Part shown: positions 24,830-35,651 of the stretch, one piece after another
Position numbering within the stretch: position 1 is the stretch's first letter
Layout: each line of letters opens with the position of its first letter
DNA from: Naegleria gruberi
Taxonomy: Eukaryota
Assembly (NCBI GenBank): GCA_000004985.1
Contig: GG738848.1
Reading direction: 5' to 3' (one strand)
Length of the DNA stretch: 64,000 nucleotides
Translations under genes and position numbers: made by a program
Notes under the pieces: generated by a model
Database searches by the model: none
The model's input: only the letters and a program-made list of their open reading frames with translations
What the model was told of the DNA's origin: nothing

Positions 24830-25189
24830 TTATTGTTCTTTAACCAAATCGATGGCCAAATAAAACTTCTTCTCGTTCATAAAGGCAATACCAATTGCTT
24901 CTCTTTCACAATCGGCGCAAGTCAGATATTTAATTTCCTGTGCAGTACCACTCTTGTTTTTCGTAAATCCAATATTTTCAAAATCAAACATGTCTTTTAA
25001 TTGATACCATCTGTTGTATGATTTGGTATCGGTAATATCCTTCACAGGTAATTCAAAGGTTGTATCCTCCACGAGCAATCCCATATTTTCCCTGAGAATT
25101 TTAGAATTGCAATGTGGGCAATTGATGACTGTTGGATTTCTAATTATTGATGTAACAATTTCCGAGGATGATGAAGCTGCTGATTCCAT
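24830..25189 (-). CDS. RABIF: Mss4/RABIF-like Rab guanine-nucleotide exchange/chaperone zinc-binding protein, 119 aa
   Basis: There are CxxC pairs (CPHC...CADC). The region WYQLKDMFDFENIGFTKN...KYLTCADCEREAIGIAFMNEKKFYLAIDLV aligns closely with the Mss4 core. Confidence 0.8.
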   Translation of the reverse strand: MESAASSSSEIVTSIIRNPTVINCPHCNSKILRENMGLLVEDTTFELPVKDITDTKSYNRWYQLKDMFDFENIGFTKNKSGTAQEIKYLTCADCEREAIGIAFMNEKKFYLAIDLVKEQ

Positions 25190-25334
25190 TTTTTAATTTG
25201 ATTTTAATTTTAAGAAGTTCCTTAAGCTAATATTGGAACATTAAAATCGTCTTCGGTCAGTAGATCAAAATAATATAGACGAGAATAACTAATTGTGTAA
25301 GCATGATATATTGTGTAGACTATCAAGTTAGATT

Positions 25335-27308
25335 TTATTCATTTCCCAAAATATGGGTTTTAAATTTCCATGAAAGATTTGGTTTAGTTTGATTGTGTGC
25401 AAACATTGGATAAATAGTGGATGTAATAATTTCCATTAATTGTTTGAATTGAATAGTATCAAGTGCATTCATGTAAAATGTGAATATTCTTTTTGGATTA
25501 TGATTATCTTTTGCTTTAAATTTAGATTCAATAAAAGAAAGAGTTTTCAAAACTTTCTGTGAAATTTGTACTTCCTTGTCGAGAAGATACCTTTGTGGAT
25601 TATTGTTAGGGTTAAGTTGACTCGAAGTATTGGTGAAAAAGTTATTTTGATCAGGAACTGGGTATTGATTAAAATCTGGAAACAAGTCAAAAAGTGATTT
25701 GTCATCGCTAATGGTTTCACTCAAAATATCAATCTTTGTGAAAATGAGGAAAATTGGTGAATATTTGAGTGGTCCATTACATTGTTCTTCAAATAAGTTA
25801 ATACTTTCTATCATCCTATTTGAAAAATCATCTTCATAACAAGTCTTTCTAAAGTCAATCAGTGAAGTGGTATATAAAACGCCTGTCAATCCAGCATAAA
25901 TATTATTATACTTCTTTCTTTCTGTTCTGGCACCACCAACATCATAAACTCTAAATGGCATACCTAGATAATCATAATCTAGACATGTAATACCTGTTGT
26001 TTTACAACGACAACCAATAATGTCTTCAACTGATGGCTCATATTCGCTCAGTTTCTTAAACATTCGTTTCACAGCGCTCGTATCACCATGATCCCTTAAA
26101 TAATAATCCATGCCATCTGTCATTGAGTCTGTTAACGCATAACGATTTAAAACCTTTCTAACATCTGTATCCTCCCACATGGAAACAACAAATTCCTTCT
26201 GTGGTAATTTAGAAATATCAAAAAGTGTATATCTAGATTGTAATGAAGTAACTCTAGAATCAAACTCTTTAAACTTTTCGTATAAAGTTTCATCTAACAT
26301 GAAACGATTTTCTCTCGTAACCTTAGTTGTACCATTCTTAATAGCATCAACTTCATTCAAATAAAGTGAAACTCCTAATGAAAAACTTTGTAGTAAATTG
26401 GTAATAATATACATTCTCATTCTCTCAATTTCAGACCTATTGAAACCTTCTTGAAAAACAAGTCTGAATTGTCTGAAAAGTGTAGTTTTACCAGAACCTA
26501 AAGTGCCTGAAAGCATTAGAGTATAAACAGAGGGTGATTCGTATTTGGATTTCTGAACTTTTTTAGTTTTGGCAACATGTTGTGCGTTGGACGACGTTGC
26601 CTTATTCATTTCCTTTCTATGGGATGGAGCATTGGAACTAAAATGGCCATTGGTTGTAACATTCATATTCTTGGATATATGATTCGAGAGATGATAAAGT
26701 TGATTGTTGGTATTGGCAGGAGATACGTCATGGATATCTATTGTTGTTGTTGTTGAACTAGAGGATTGTTGGTGATGATTCACTGCTGTTGACAATGTTG
26801 AAGGAGTTGTGGTGGGGGTGGTGGTGGATAAATTACTCATCATCATTGGAGTGGTTGTTGTGGTTGACAAATTACTTGTTACTGATGGAGATGGACTTGT
26901 GAGAGATGATGATGCAGTTGTTGTCTCATTGCTGTTAACAACTTCATCTCCACTCATGTACAAGGGTATTGGTTTATCGAATGGAACTGTAGAAAGTGGA
27001 ATGATTTGATTTTGTCCAATGGTTGACTTTAACTTTTTGTACAATTGTTGTGTAGCTGTTGTTTCAGAATCAGATTCATGTCCATTGTTTTCCTGTGTGG
27101 TTACAGTAGCTGTGGCTTGATTGGCCATTGGAATCATCATGTTTGGTTCTAATTTGTGTTGCTGCTGTTGACCAGGTGGAACATCTCCAAAGGCTTTCTT
27201 CTTTTTTAAATATCTATTCATCATTTCCTTCTTCATTCGTTCATGTTCATTACTTTCCCTGATAACACTTGTTATGGATGGAAAGAAGAATGAAAGTAGA
27301 CTTTCCAT
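25335..27308 (-). CDS. divergent G-alpha-like protein with long S/T-rich N-terminal extension, 657 aa
   Basis: It is a single ORF. The G-alpha core is recognisable: P-loop LSGTLGSGKTT, switch I RCKTTGI, switch II FRVYDVGGARTERKKY, and a helical-domain-like insert. The guanine-specificity motifs are degenerate: NKxD reads TKID and TCAT reads MNAL. The catalytic Gln of DVGGQ is replaced by Ala. Confidence 0.75.
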   Translation of the reverse strand: MESLLSFFFPSITSVIRESNEHERMKKEMMNRYLKKKKAFGDVPPGQQQQHKLEPNMMIPMANQATATVTTQENNGHESDSETTATQQLYKKLKSTIGQNQIIPLSTVPFDKPIPLYMSGDEVVNSNETTTASSSLTSPSPSVTSNLSTTTTTPMMMSNLSTTTPTTTPSTLSTAVNHHQQSSSSTTTTIDIHDVSPANTNNQLYHLSNHISKNMNVTTNGHFSSNAPSHRKEMNKATSSNAQHVAKTKKVQKSKYESPSVYTLMLSGTLGSGKTTLFRQFRLVFQEGFNRSEIERMRMYIITNLLQSFSLGVSLYLNEVDAIKNGTTKVTRENRFMLDETLYEKFKEFDSRVTSLQSRYTLFDISKLPQKEFVVSMWEDTDVRKVLNRYALTDSMTDGMDYYLRDHGDTSAVKRMFKKLSEYEPSVEDIIGCRCKTTGITCLDYDYLGMPFRVYDVGGARTERKKYNNIYAGLTGVLYTTSLIDFRKTCYEDDFSNRMIESINLFEEQCNGPLKYSPIFLIFTKIDILSETISDDKSLFDLFPDFNQYPVPDQNNFFTNTSSQLNPNNNPQRYLLDKEVQISQKVLKTLSFIESKFKAKDNHNPKRIFTFYMNALDTIQFKQLMEIITSTIYPMFAHNQTKPNLSWKFKTHILGNE

Positions 27309-28528
27309 TTGTTGCTATTTAAACTGTTTTTTGTATATATATTGTATGTGTTGTGTTGTTTTTGTAATCCTACTATTAATAATAATAATATATCAAGTGT
27401 TTAATCCACTCAACCCTAGAGTTGGGCGATAATTCTCTACAACTATTAACTGTTGTTGCTGATTTGATGATATTAAATTCTTCTTCTTCTTGGTTGAAAT
27501 ATTCTTGTTGTTGTTGATGTTGAAGGAGAATAATCATTGAAACAATTTCAGAGTTAATAATATCTATATATTATATCAATCAGTGTCTTTTCAAAGAGTA
27601 GTGAAACTAACTATTGTTCCTAAACTCTGATGAAATTATGGCGCAAAAAGTTATTATTGTTGTGCACACAAATAATTTCTTAGTGTTTTGAAAAATGATG
27701 AGAAGAAGGCTGGAGGAGCGATAGAGAGAAAACTCTCACAGAAGCAAAACTCAAGTTGTTGTTTTTTGTTCTCTGATGATGCACAGCAATGTTATCACGT
27801 CTTGATGCCTACTTTACTTTTTTTTGGAGAGGCAATCAAAATAAGGAATAGACAATTGACACGTTCAGATGAAAATATTTTGAGTCAAATTCACCTCTTC
27901 AAAGCATTTTGGTTGCAAAAGAGGAAAGGTACTTGAAACCAATGTTTTGGCCAAAGGACATGTCTCATAAAACATGTTTGGCTATGGTTTCGAATAATTA
28001 ATAACGAAAGCAAGTGAATAAATAAAAGTATTTTGTGAAACTGCTGTAAGCCTCAAAAAAGCAATCATCAACTTGTCCTTTTTTGTATTGTTATTTACAT
28101 AAAGAAAACAATAAAAAGTTTACAAAATTTTTCTTGACTTTTGAAGATGAAGTGTTAAATCGTCCAAATACAAAACTTCATCAATGATAAATGAACTACT
28201 GTACTTTGTTAAAAAATCAAAAACAAAATTGTAAAAGAATAATTACAATGTAACGCTTTTTTAATTCAAAGACAAAAGAAGATTTTAAAGAATTGAATTT
28301 TTAAGCTAAATGTAAGGAATCCTATTTGGTTGTGAAATTAGGCCTTTACCCTTGAAGAGCAATATACTTTTATGCTACTTTTCAACAATTTTTGGATAAA
28401 CCTACGGGAACTTTGAATCTAAAGTGGGAGAAGAAACATAAATTTCAAGATGCAATAAAGAGCAGAGTAAATATTGTAAAATAAACAATTCCTCAACTAC
28501 TGATAATGTAAGGACTACAGTTGCTAGT

Positions 28529-29979
28529 TTATTTTAGAGAAGCGAAATGTTTTAACAGGACACTGGTAGTAAAGGCATCATAAACTGGCTGTGCAAGAAT
28601 AATATCGATAGGTGTGAGTCCAAGATTAATCTTTTGTGTTCTCCATGCAGTACATTTAACAGCCAGCTTAAGCATGGACATGATGTAGAGATCGGTGTGA
28701 CTCATGTCATAAAATATCATGTGTAATAAGTTATCTCCCTTCTCATTCACTTTAAAGTATTCTTCAATATTTTCAATTCGTAATAGAAAATCAAACATTA
28801 AATTTTTTGGTAATGGGACTTGTATAATCGCAATGCAAAGGGGAAGGAAACAATTAGTAATCAGAGGAGTATAATCTATTCAAACTGATATTGGAAAAGT
28901 CGATAACAGAGAACATATTTTCAGATGCCATGAAATAAAATTCAAATAGTTGCTGTCTAAAATCCATAAACCACAACTCGCTCAATATTAGAACTTTGAA
29001 AAATAGTGACGTTTTTGATAGAGCTAATTCTACCTCCTTGATAGGTATTACATAAGTAAATTAAATATTGAAACCAATTATCTGGCGAAATATTGTCAAA
29101 AATTTCCATTGGAAATGCATGCTTTTTGAAGAAAAAATTTAGCATTTCTTTTACATAAGGGGCAGACATTTCATTCAATTTGAATAAACTGTCACACAAG
29201 GGTTGGCTTGGTAAGATGGAGTGTGGTTTTAGAACATGTTTAAATAAATATTCAAGTATTGAAGGACCAAAAATAGAGAGCTCAGTATTGAACAATTCTA
29301 AAAATTTGTAAAGGGGTTTGCTGTTTGGTCTGATATTTGGGTCCTGGAAATTCAGCATAATTTGTAATATTGGGATTGTAAGTATTGGTATCATTCATGT
29401 CATTAATAAGAATGACTTTCTTTGAATATTGAGAAGGAATGTCAAATCCACAACTTTGACAAAATATAACAAGTTTTTCCAATCCTTTCAAACATGATGT
29501 TAGGGAATTGTAACAATTTGAATTTGATAAATTATTCAAAATTATTACAATTTTTTTGGCTGTGTGGTTATCACCAATGTATTCCTCAATATTTACATAG
29601 TTGATTGATTCTTCTTTTGTTTCAAAATTGTATTTACCTTTAAGAATATCATATTCATCAACAAGATCTGTATCAAGTGTTGAATAGTAATAATTGGTTG
29701 ATCAGGTCTTAACTCATTAACTCTATTAGTGACTTTTGGCATTCCGTGCCGTTCGTAATGTGCATCAACCTCTCTGATAGATTTCCATTTTGCATAGGTT
29801 GGAATAAATTCAATAATTTCATACTTGATCATTGTATCTAAATGAGGAAGAAATGATAAATCCATTGGTGTTTCGGCATCGGTTGTTGTAGTTTTAGAAT
29901 TTTCTTTTTGATCCTCGTTGATCCATTCTTTAACTATTGGACACATCATGTGATAAGGATCTTTTTCTAATATTTCCAA
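28529..29979 (-). CDS. uncertain multi-frame gene with ankyrin-like C-terminus; model disrupted by at least one unspliceable frame change
   Basis: Four minus-strand ORFs (29593..29979, 29282..29539, 28957..29394 and 28529..28798) tile the region in three frames. A weak GTCATT...TTTCCAG intron could join the second and third. I found no GT-AG intron that joins the first and second across about 29600..29690. The C-terminal ORF has an ankyrin-like pattern, GDNLLHM...LGLTPIDIIL. Confidence 0.3.
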
Positions 29980-30285
29980 AAATTCGCATTGTTTTCTCGT
30001 TGGTTTTATAAATTGTTAGTGCCAAGCTTGGCAGCAACAATATTATTACAATAGTAGGAATAACATCAGAGTGGGTTGATCAATTATCGACTTTTTTTTA
30101 AAGAAGAGCCTTTACATGTTAAACTTTGATAATTTTGGTGAAGATTTCCAGTCCCTTAGATGGCTTAATTTGTCTGCAATTGAACTTCTTTCTTATGGAA
30201 TGTAAATTACCTTTGAAATCTCCAATTGTATTAAACATTTCCAAACTTTTCTTGCGATCTGAGCATCATCTAGATGTTTGAAAGT

Positions 30286-31155
30286 TTACAAATCCTCATC
30301 CTCTTCAGGTATGTACAACAAGAAAGCGTCAAATTCCTTCTCCCAAACACCTATTGTCGAGAATAGTTGTGTTGTTTCTTGCGCATCAAATTGTTGTAAT
30401 TTCACAACAGGTTCAATTTTCATATTCAAATCATAAATCTTTCTAATTAAATATTCTACAGATTTCAATACATTGTAATTTACAATTGAGCTCAAGTCAA
30501 AATAACCAATATTTTTCTTTCTGTGGAATGTAATTTGTTTTGGTTTGACTTTTCTATCCTTTTCATCTACTTTTGTACCACAAAGCACCATTCTATTTGA
30601 TGATGTTAGATTTCTCTTATCCAATGCATAATTTCCCATCCTAAACCACAACGGAGTATTCTTATAAGTCATTCTAGAAAGAGAGTTAAACATGATCATG
30701 AAACAATCTGCATCTTTGAGGAATATACAATCATCACTTAATAATAAATCATTCACAAGTGATGGATTAATTTCAGTGTGTGGATCATTTGAACACAACT
30801 CCCAAATTTCCAAGTAAAAGAGTGGAATTAGGAATTTAACTGATGTAATAGTTGCATAATAATAATCATTCAACTGTAAATTCCTCACCATTTTAGATTG
30901 AAATCTACTTGTAAAAGTTGATTTACCAACATTACTATCACCTAATAAAACTAATTTAATTCTTCTCGGAGGTGAATTAATTTTATATTTCAAGCCTGGT
31001 AATGTTGATTCATTCATTCCGATAAAAGAATCATCAAGAATAATTTTGGTTAATTCTTCTTCTTCTTGTATATTATTTGGAGTAGAATTTGTAACCTCAT
31101 GTTTGCATCGTTTATTGTCGATTGTGGTGACAATATGTTGTTGATCTCTTTTCAT
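30286..31155 (-). CDS. Ran-like small GTPase paralog with degenerate G3/G4 motifs (likely pseudoGTPase), 289 aa
   Basis: It aligns along the full length of Ran. The P-loop is KLVLLGDSNVGKSTF. The region IMFNSLSRMTYKNTPLWFR matches Ran IMFDVTSRVTYKNVPNWHR. The segment VLCGTKVDEKDRKVKPKQITFHRKKNIGYFDLSSIVNYN is Ran-like, and the acidic tail EEDEDL resembles Ran DEDDDL. WDTAGQE is replaced by WELCSND, and NKVD by TKVD. There is a 60-aa N-terminal extension. Confidence 0.75.
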   Translation of the reverse strand: MKRDQQHIVTTIDNKRCKHEVTNSTPNNIQEEEELTKIILDDSFIGMNESTLPGLKYKINSPPRRIKLVLLGDSNVGKSTFTSRFQSKMVRNLQLNDYYYATITSVKFLIPLFYLEIWELCSNDPHTEINPSLVNDLLLSDDCIFLKDADCFMIMFNSLSRMTYKNTPLWFRMGNYALDKRNLTSSNRMVLCGTKVDEKDRKVKPKQITFHRKKNIGYFDLSSIVNYNVLKSVEYLIRKIYDLNMKIEPVVKLQQFDAQETTQLFSTIGVWEKEFDAFLLYIPEEDEDL

Positions 31156-31304
31156 TTTTTTTACTATTCAATAAATTTTATTTAATTTTTAATTGTTGTA
31201 ACGGTAATATTATCCCAATATTCGCATCAAGAATTTTCAAAATAACAATTGTTTCATAGTATGTATTATTATTACAATTTAAATTCAATTTTAATTTCAA
31301 AAAA

Positions 31305-32809
31305 ATGGCATCAAAGGAAATAAGAGGCTCCTATCATGTTGATGAAGAATTAGAACAACAGGGCAAAGGACTTGATGATTTGATAGGTAAAGGAATTATT
31401 AATAGAAATAACAGAAATTATTTGGAATCTAGGTTAAAAACAAATATTAGACCATTGACAGAAAGTGATGATTATGAAGTTTATTTTAGTGGTAAATCAA
31501 TAAATGGTTCATTATTGACTGGATCATTGGAGGCTAAGAAATTGGATGGATTTGAAAAGTTTACAAAATATGGAGGTGGTGATGCAAAGAAAATATTAAT
31601 TCCGAAAGGTCAAGCTTTGAAATTTATTGATATTGGATTACAATTTACAGTGATAATGACAAATTTAAATGAAGCTTTTTTATATGGAGATTTTGTATAT
31701 GGATCAAGTTCGGCTGATATTAATCCTCTTGGAAGACAATTATCAATTCTAATGACACCAGAAGTTAAAATCAATAATTTCCCATATGAACCTGTTGCCA
31801 TGTTGTGTGGAGAACAATTTGTTGCAGTATTGGATAGCTGTAATAGATTGTGGTATTGTGGTATTGAAACTCACATTGGAACTGCTAGTAATAATTGTAC
31901 TTATGATTTTGTGGAAATTGGATTGAAAAAGTATTTGGAGACTGAATTTAATGATGAAACTACACATATCACTCACTTTAGAGTTGGAGGAAGACACTTG
32001 TGTTTATGTATTAATAATAGGACTATTATTTCAACAGGTAAGTGCCAATTCTTTCTATTTCATTCGAATACACATATATGTAAATTCATTAAGGTGCAAA
32101 CTATTTTGGACAGGTAGGTCATTAGCTTTAAATTAAATGCTCAATCCAAAAGTTGGGAATTATAAACACACCAGATTTGGTACCATCAGTTCTCCCAAGC
32201 ACTGTTGTCGATGCACTGTACAGCTATACATTCGTTAAAAGTTGGAATGAAGATGGAAAATATAGAGTAAGAGACGTTGCTTGCTCTGGAAATATGACAG
32301 CTATTCTCACAGGTAAGCTCAAACCAAAACACCAGATTTAACATTAATTATTAGAATGTGGAAAATTATTTAAAACCTGTAATGCATCTGAACCAATTCA
32401 AGCAGTTGTTCTGGATGGGTTTTCACTAACTACCATCGGTGGTAATTGGACTCACATTCTGGCACATACAAGCAAAAACCAAATGATGGGCATTACAGAT
32501 AATCATGTTACAGAATTCTTTAGCGAATCTCCCATTAAGAATTGTGATAATTTGCAAATCTCAACAGGAACCAATTCTAACTATACCTATTTTATTTACT
32601 CAAATAATGAATTATATGAACCACGCAATCCAAATCCTGTTCTCAAATCTTCTCTGCCAATAGTTGTTTGTAAAATGACATCTAAAGCAACCATGGTTTT
32701 ATGTATGAATTGTAAGAACAACAAGTCAATTGTTGCAATGAAACGAAACATGCTCCAATGTACAGTATCACAAGGGTTATCAGATATTCTAATCAATGTC
32801 CACCAATAA
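31305..32809 (+). CDS. RCC1-like / beta-propeller repeat protein, 3 exons
   Basis: Exons are about 31305..32037 (or to 32093, since the donor is ambiguous between GTAAGT at 32038 and GTGCAA at 32094), 32153..32312 and 32355..32809. The second intron is GTAAGC...ATTAG. Repeats follow an RCC1-like spacing: ITHFRVGGRHLCLCINNRTIISTG, VRDVACSGNMTAILTG, VVLDGFSLTTIGGNWTHIL and FVAVLDSCNRLWYCG. It is transcribed divergently from the Ran-like gene, with about 150 bp between the two start codons. Confidence 0.45.
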
Positions 32810-32811
32810 AT

Positions 32812-33470
32812 TTACGCTCTTTTGGAAATTGGAGGTAACTTTATTGACACGTAAGTTACCATATTTCACTTTGATTTTCACTTTCGAAACAAATAGTTCC
32901 AACATTTATGCTATTGGAAAGAGTGAAGAATTAATAGGTAATCTCATTTAGAAACACAGTATTGATCGTGATCAATTAATCATTGCCACTAAATACTCAG
33001 CTCCTTTCGCTCAACATGCCAATGGTGGTGGCAATCATAAGAAGAATTTAATTCAATCAATCAATGCCTCACTCAAGAGATTACAATTAGAGTTTGTTGA
33101 TATATTACACGTTCACTTTTGGGATTTCACTGTTGATGCCAATGGATCTTGGTATTGGTCCTTGGGGAGTACCCGGTGCTGGTAAATTGAGGTAAGAAAT
33201 TGAGAAATCAAGAAAGTTTGTTGAAATGACTCAAGATGACTATGTTGTACTTGAAATTGCAACAGAATTGAATAGAACTCCCTCACAAGTTGCTATCAAT
33301 TGGATGATTTCGCAAGGAGTGTCAAGTGTCTTGATTGGTCCAAGGAACTTTTGAACAATTTGCAGATAACATTAAGAGTTTGGAATTTAGATTAAATCAA
33401 GATCAATTGAACAGATTGAAGATACACAATCTGTTAGCATGTTATACTTGAATGGAAACAAGTTCTCTAT
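32812..33470 (+). pseudogene. aldo-keto reductase (AKR)-derived pseudogene fragment, 5'-truncated with stops and frameshifts
   Basis: Translation gives AKR-like segments: LEIGGNFIDT, an intron-like gtaagt...aaatag, then IGKSEELIGNLI*KHSIDRDQLIIATKYSAPF...NLIQSINASLKRLQLEFVDILHVHFWDFT, and TQDDYVVLEIATELNRTPSQVAINWMISQGVSSVLIGPRNF*. These are interrupted by in-frame TAG/TGA codons and frame changes. It starts immediately after the stop codon of the upstream gene and has no start codon. Confidence 0.6.
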
Positions 33471-33958
33471 TAATAAAAAAATAAGTTGGATTCAATTTTA
33501 CAACAAAGCCATAAAATACATATCCAATTAGAATAAAGTAATTTCACCTTCCTCTTGTAGATATGAAGACTTTGATTGTTGTAAAGTTTTGGGTTTTGTT
33601 TTTCGATTTTTTGCATTTTCAAAAATGTGGATGACGCAGATGCATTGTTGTTGTTTAACATGTTATTGAATACAAATCAACAATATTGTTGATTTGTAAT
33701 GATTTGTTATCTGAATCTTGTTTTTTGGAAAGTTATCTGATGAACATTTTGGGACGAAACATTATCTCTTCACAACTTGGAGAGTTTCCAACAACAAGTT
33801 TAAGAGAAAACAATTCCCATTCGGTTCGATACTATCTACTCTTGGGTAATGAGTTTGTTTTTCATTGTTATTTTCATTATCTCTTGCGGTATTTTACGTT
33901 TTGAATAAATAGTGGAAAGCAAAGAGTGAATGTTTGAATCAATAACAAAAAAAACAAA

Positions 33959-35142
33959 ATGAATAACAATTCAAACAAATCATTTGCTACTAGAAGAAAC
34001 TCTTCTAATACTGTTCTCAGTTGTATTGTCTGTTTGGTATTATTCACCTTCATGATGACAATGGTTACTCCAATTGAACTTTCCAAAGGAAACAATAAGA
34101 AACCAATGCCACCAAAGCACAATAACACTCATCCTGTTCATCCAACTCATCCAATTGCTAATCACACTCATGCCAACACTCCTGTCAATGACAAGTCTTT
34201 GATTGATAGAATTAATTCCAATCATACTCATGGATGGAAGGCAACTGAATACTCTAGATTTGATAACATGACCATTTCACAACTTAGAGATAATTTATTT
34301 GGTCTTTCATTGATGAGCTCTGATGAAGACACTCCAAGAATGGCAAGTATTGAAACAAGAGTTGATATACCAATGAATTTCGATGCAAGAACTCAATGGA
34401 AAGGATGCGTTCCAGCAATTAGAGATCAACAAACATGTGGTGCTTGTTGGGCTTTGTAAGTTTTACAATTTGATTTATTTCAACTTACAATTTTCATTTT
34501 TGTATTATTTATAATAGCTCTGCAAATTATGTATTGGCTCATAGATTGTGCATTGCCACCAATGGTAAAACAAATGTTGTCCTCTCACCAGAATATCAAG
34601 TTCAATGCGATACAATGAATAAGGCCTGTCAAGGAGGTTATTTGAAATATTCTTGGACATTTTTGGAAAATACTGGAACACCACTCGATACTTGTATTCC
34701 ATATGCTAGTGGAAGAGGAACCTTCTCCTCTGGTACTTGTCCAACTCAATGCAAGATTGCATCCATGTCCATGAGCAAGTATAAGGCCAAAAATACTGTT
34801 TATATTTCAGGTATCAATAATATCAAGACTGCAATCATGACATATGGCAGCGTACAAGCTGGTTTCACAGTCTACAGAGATCTTACAGGGTAAGTTGAAT
34901 TTGTTTCATATATTCTAATTTGTTTTTCTAGATACAAGTCAGGTGTCTATAAACACGTTGTAAGCACAGTTCTTGGTGGACATGCCGTTGCCTTAATTGG
35001 ATTTGGAGTTGAGGGAGGTTCTAATTATTGGTTAGCTGCCAATTCATGGGGTCCAAATTGGGGAATGTCTGGATATTTCAAAATTGCTCAAGGAGAAGGT
35101 GGAATTGAGAATCAAGTTTATGCTGGAGAAGCTGTCTATTAA
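33959..35142 (+). CDS. cathepsin B-like papain-family cysteine protease, 3 exons, 359 aa
   Basis: Exons are 33959..34455, 34518..34889 and 34932..35142. Introns are 62 and 42 nt (GTAAGT...AG) and keep frame. There is an N-terminal signal or hydrophobic segment and a His/Pro-rich propeptide. The active site reads [12 protein letters not shown], followed by HRLCIATNG. The catalytic His is in [11 protein letters not shown], and ANSWGPNWG plus [12 protein letters not shown] are present. Confidence 0.85.
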
Positions 35143-35268
35143 AGAACAGTTCAAAACTCCAAACATTTGACGGATCTATCGATCTTTCAGAAACAGTTTA
35201 TTCTAACAAAATTATGTTGGAATTGTACATAACAAAATAAATATTTCCATTTTGTATTCCAAATGAGC

Positions 35269-35272
35269 AAAA
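35269..35272 (-). terminator. Pol III T4 terminator 5 nt downstream of the tRNA
   Basis: On the tRNA strand the sequence reads ...GCTA GACATTTTGC. Confidence 0.6.
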
Positions 35273-35276
35273 TGTC

Positions 35277-35348
35277 TAGCAAATCTAGGTTTCGATCCTA
35301 GGACCTATGGGTTATGAGCCCATCGCGCTTCCGCTGCGCCAATTTGCT
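35277..35348 (-). tRNA. tRNAi-Met: initiator tRNA-Met (CAT anticodon), 72 nt
   Basis: The reverse complement is AGCAAATTGGCGCAGCGGAAGCGCGATGGGCTCATAACCCATAGGTCCTAGGATCGAAACCTAGATTTGCTA. It folds as a cloverleaf with a 7-bp acceptor stem, anticodon loop CTCATAA, the initiator-specific T-loop ATCGAAA, and three G-C pairs in the anticodon stem. Confidence 0.9.
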
Positions 35349-35651
35349 TTACATTATTTATTAAAAAATATCTAGTAAAAATATTTAATCTAAAATTATG
35401 TGTAGTCTCACACCAACTACTATTTTTAAAGTGTTATTGATTCTTGAACAAAATGTTTTAACTAAAAAGCAGTCAGTTAGTACCCGAAATGTTAATAATC
35501 AATGGTCGTGAGACCGTCATAGTTTAGCATATCTTATGCTTGTCATCACACTACATCTCTTGCCAAATGCGATATAACTGTTCCTTCTCTCTCCTATCTT
35601 GTTCGCATTTTTTAATTGTGGGAGAATAAAATATTTTTATTAAATAATAAT

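Noticed and set aside
25335-27308. Calling the divergent G-alpha-like gene a pseudogene
   Set aside because: It is a 657-codon uninterrupted ORF with an intact P-loop, switch I and overall fold. Degeneration is confined to specific catalytic and specificity residues, which fits a pseudo-GTPase better than gene decay.
33470-34231. Minus-strand ORFs 33470..33661, 33877..34128 and 34040..34231 overlapping the cathepsin B-like gene region
   Set aside because: They are antisense to, or fall in the promoter of, a well-supported three-exon protease gene and have low-complexity products.
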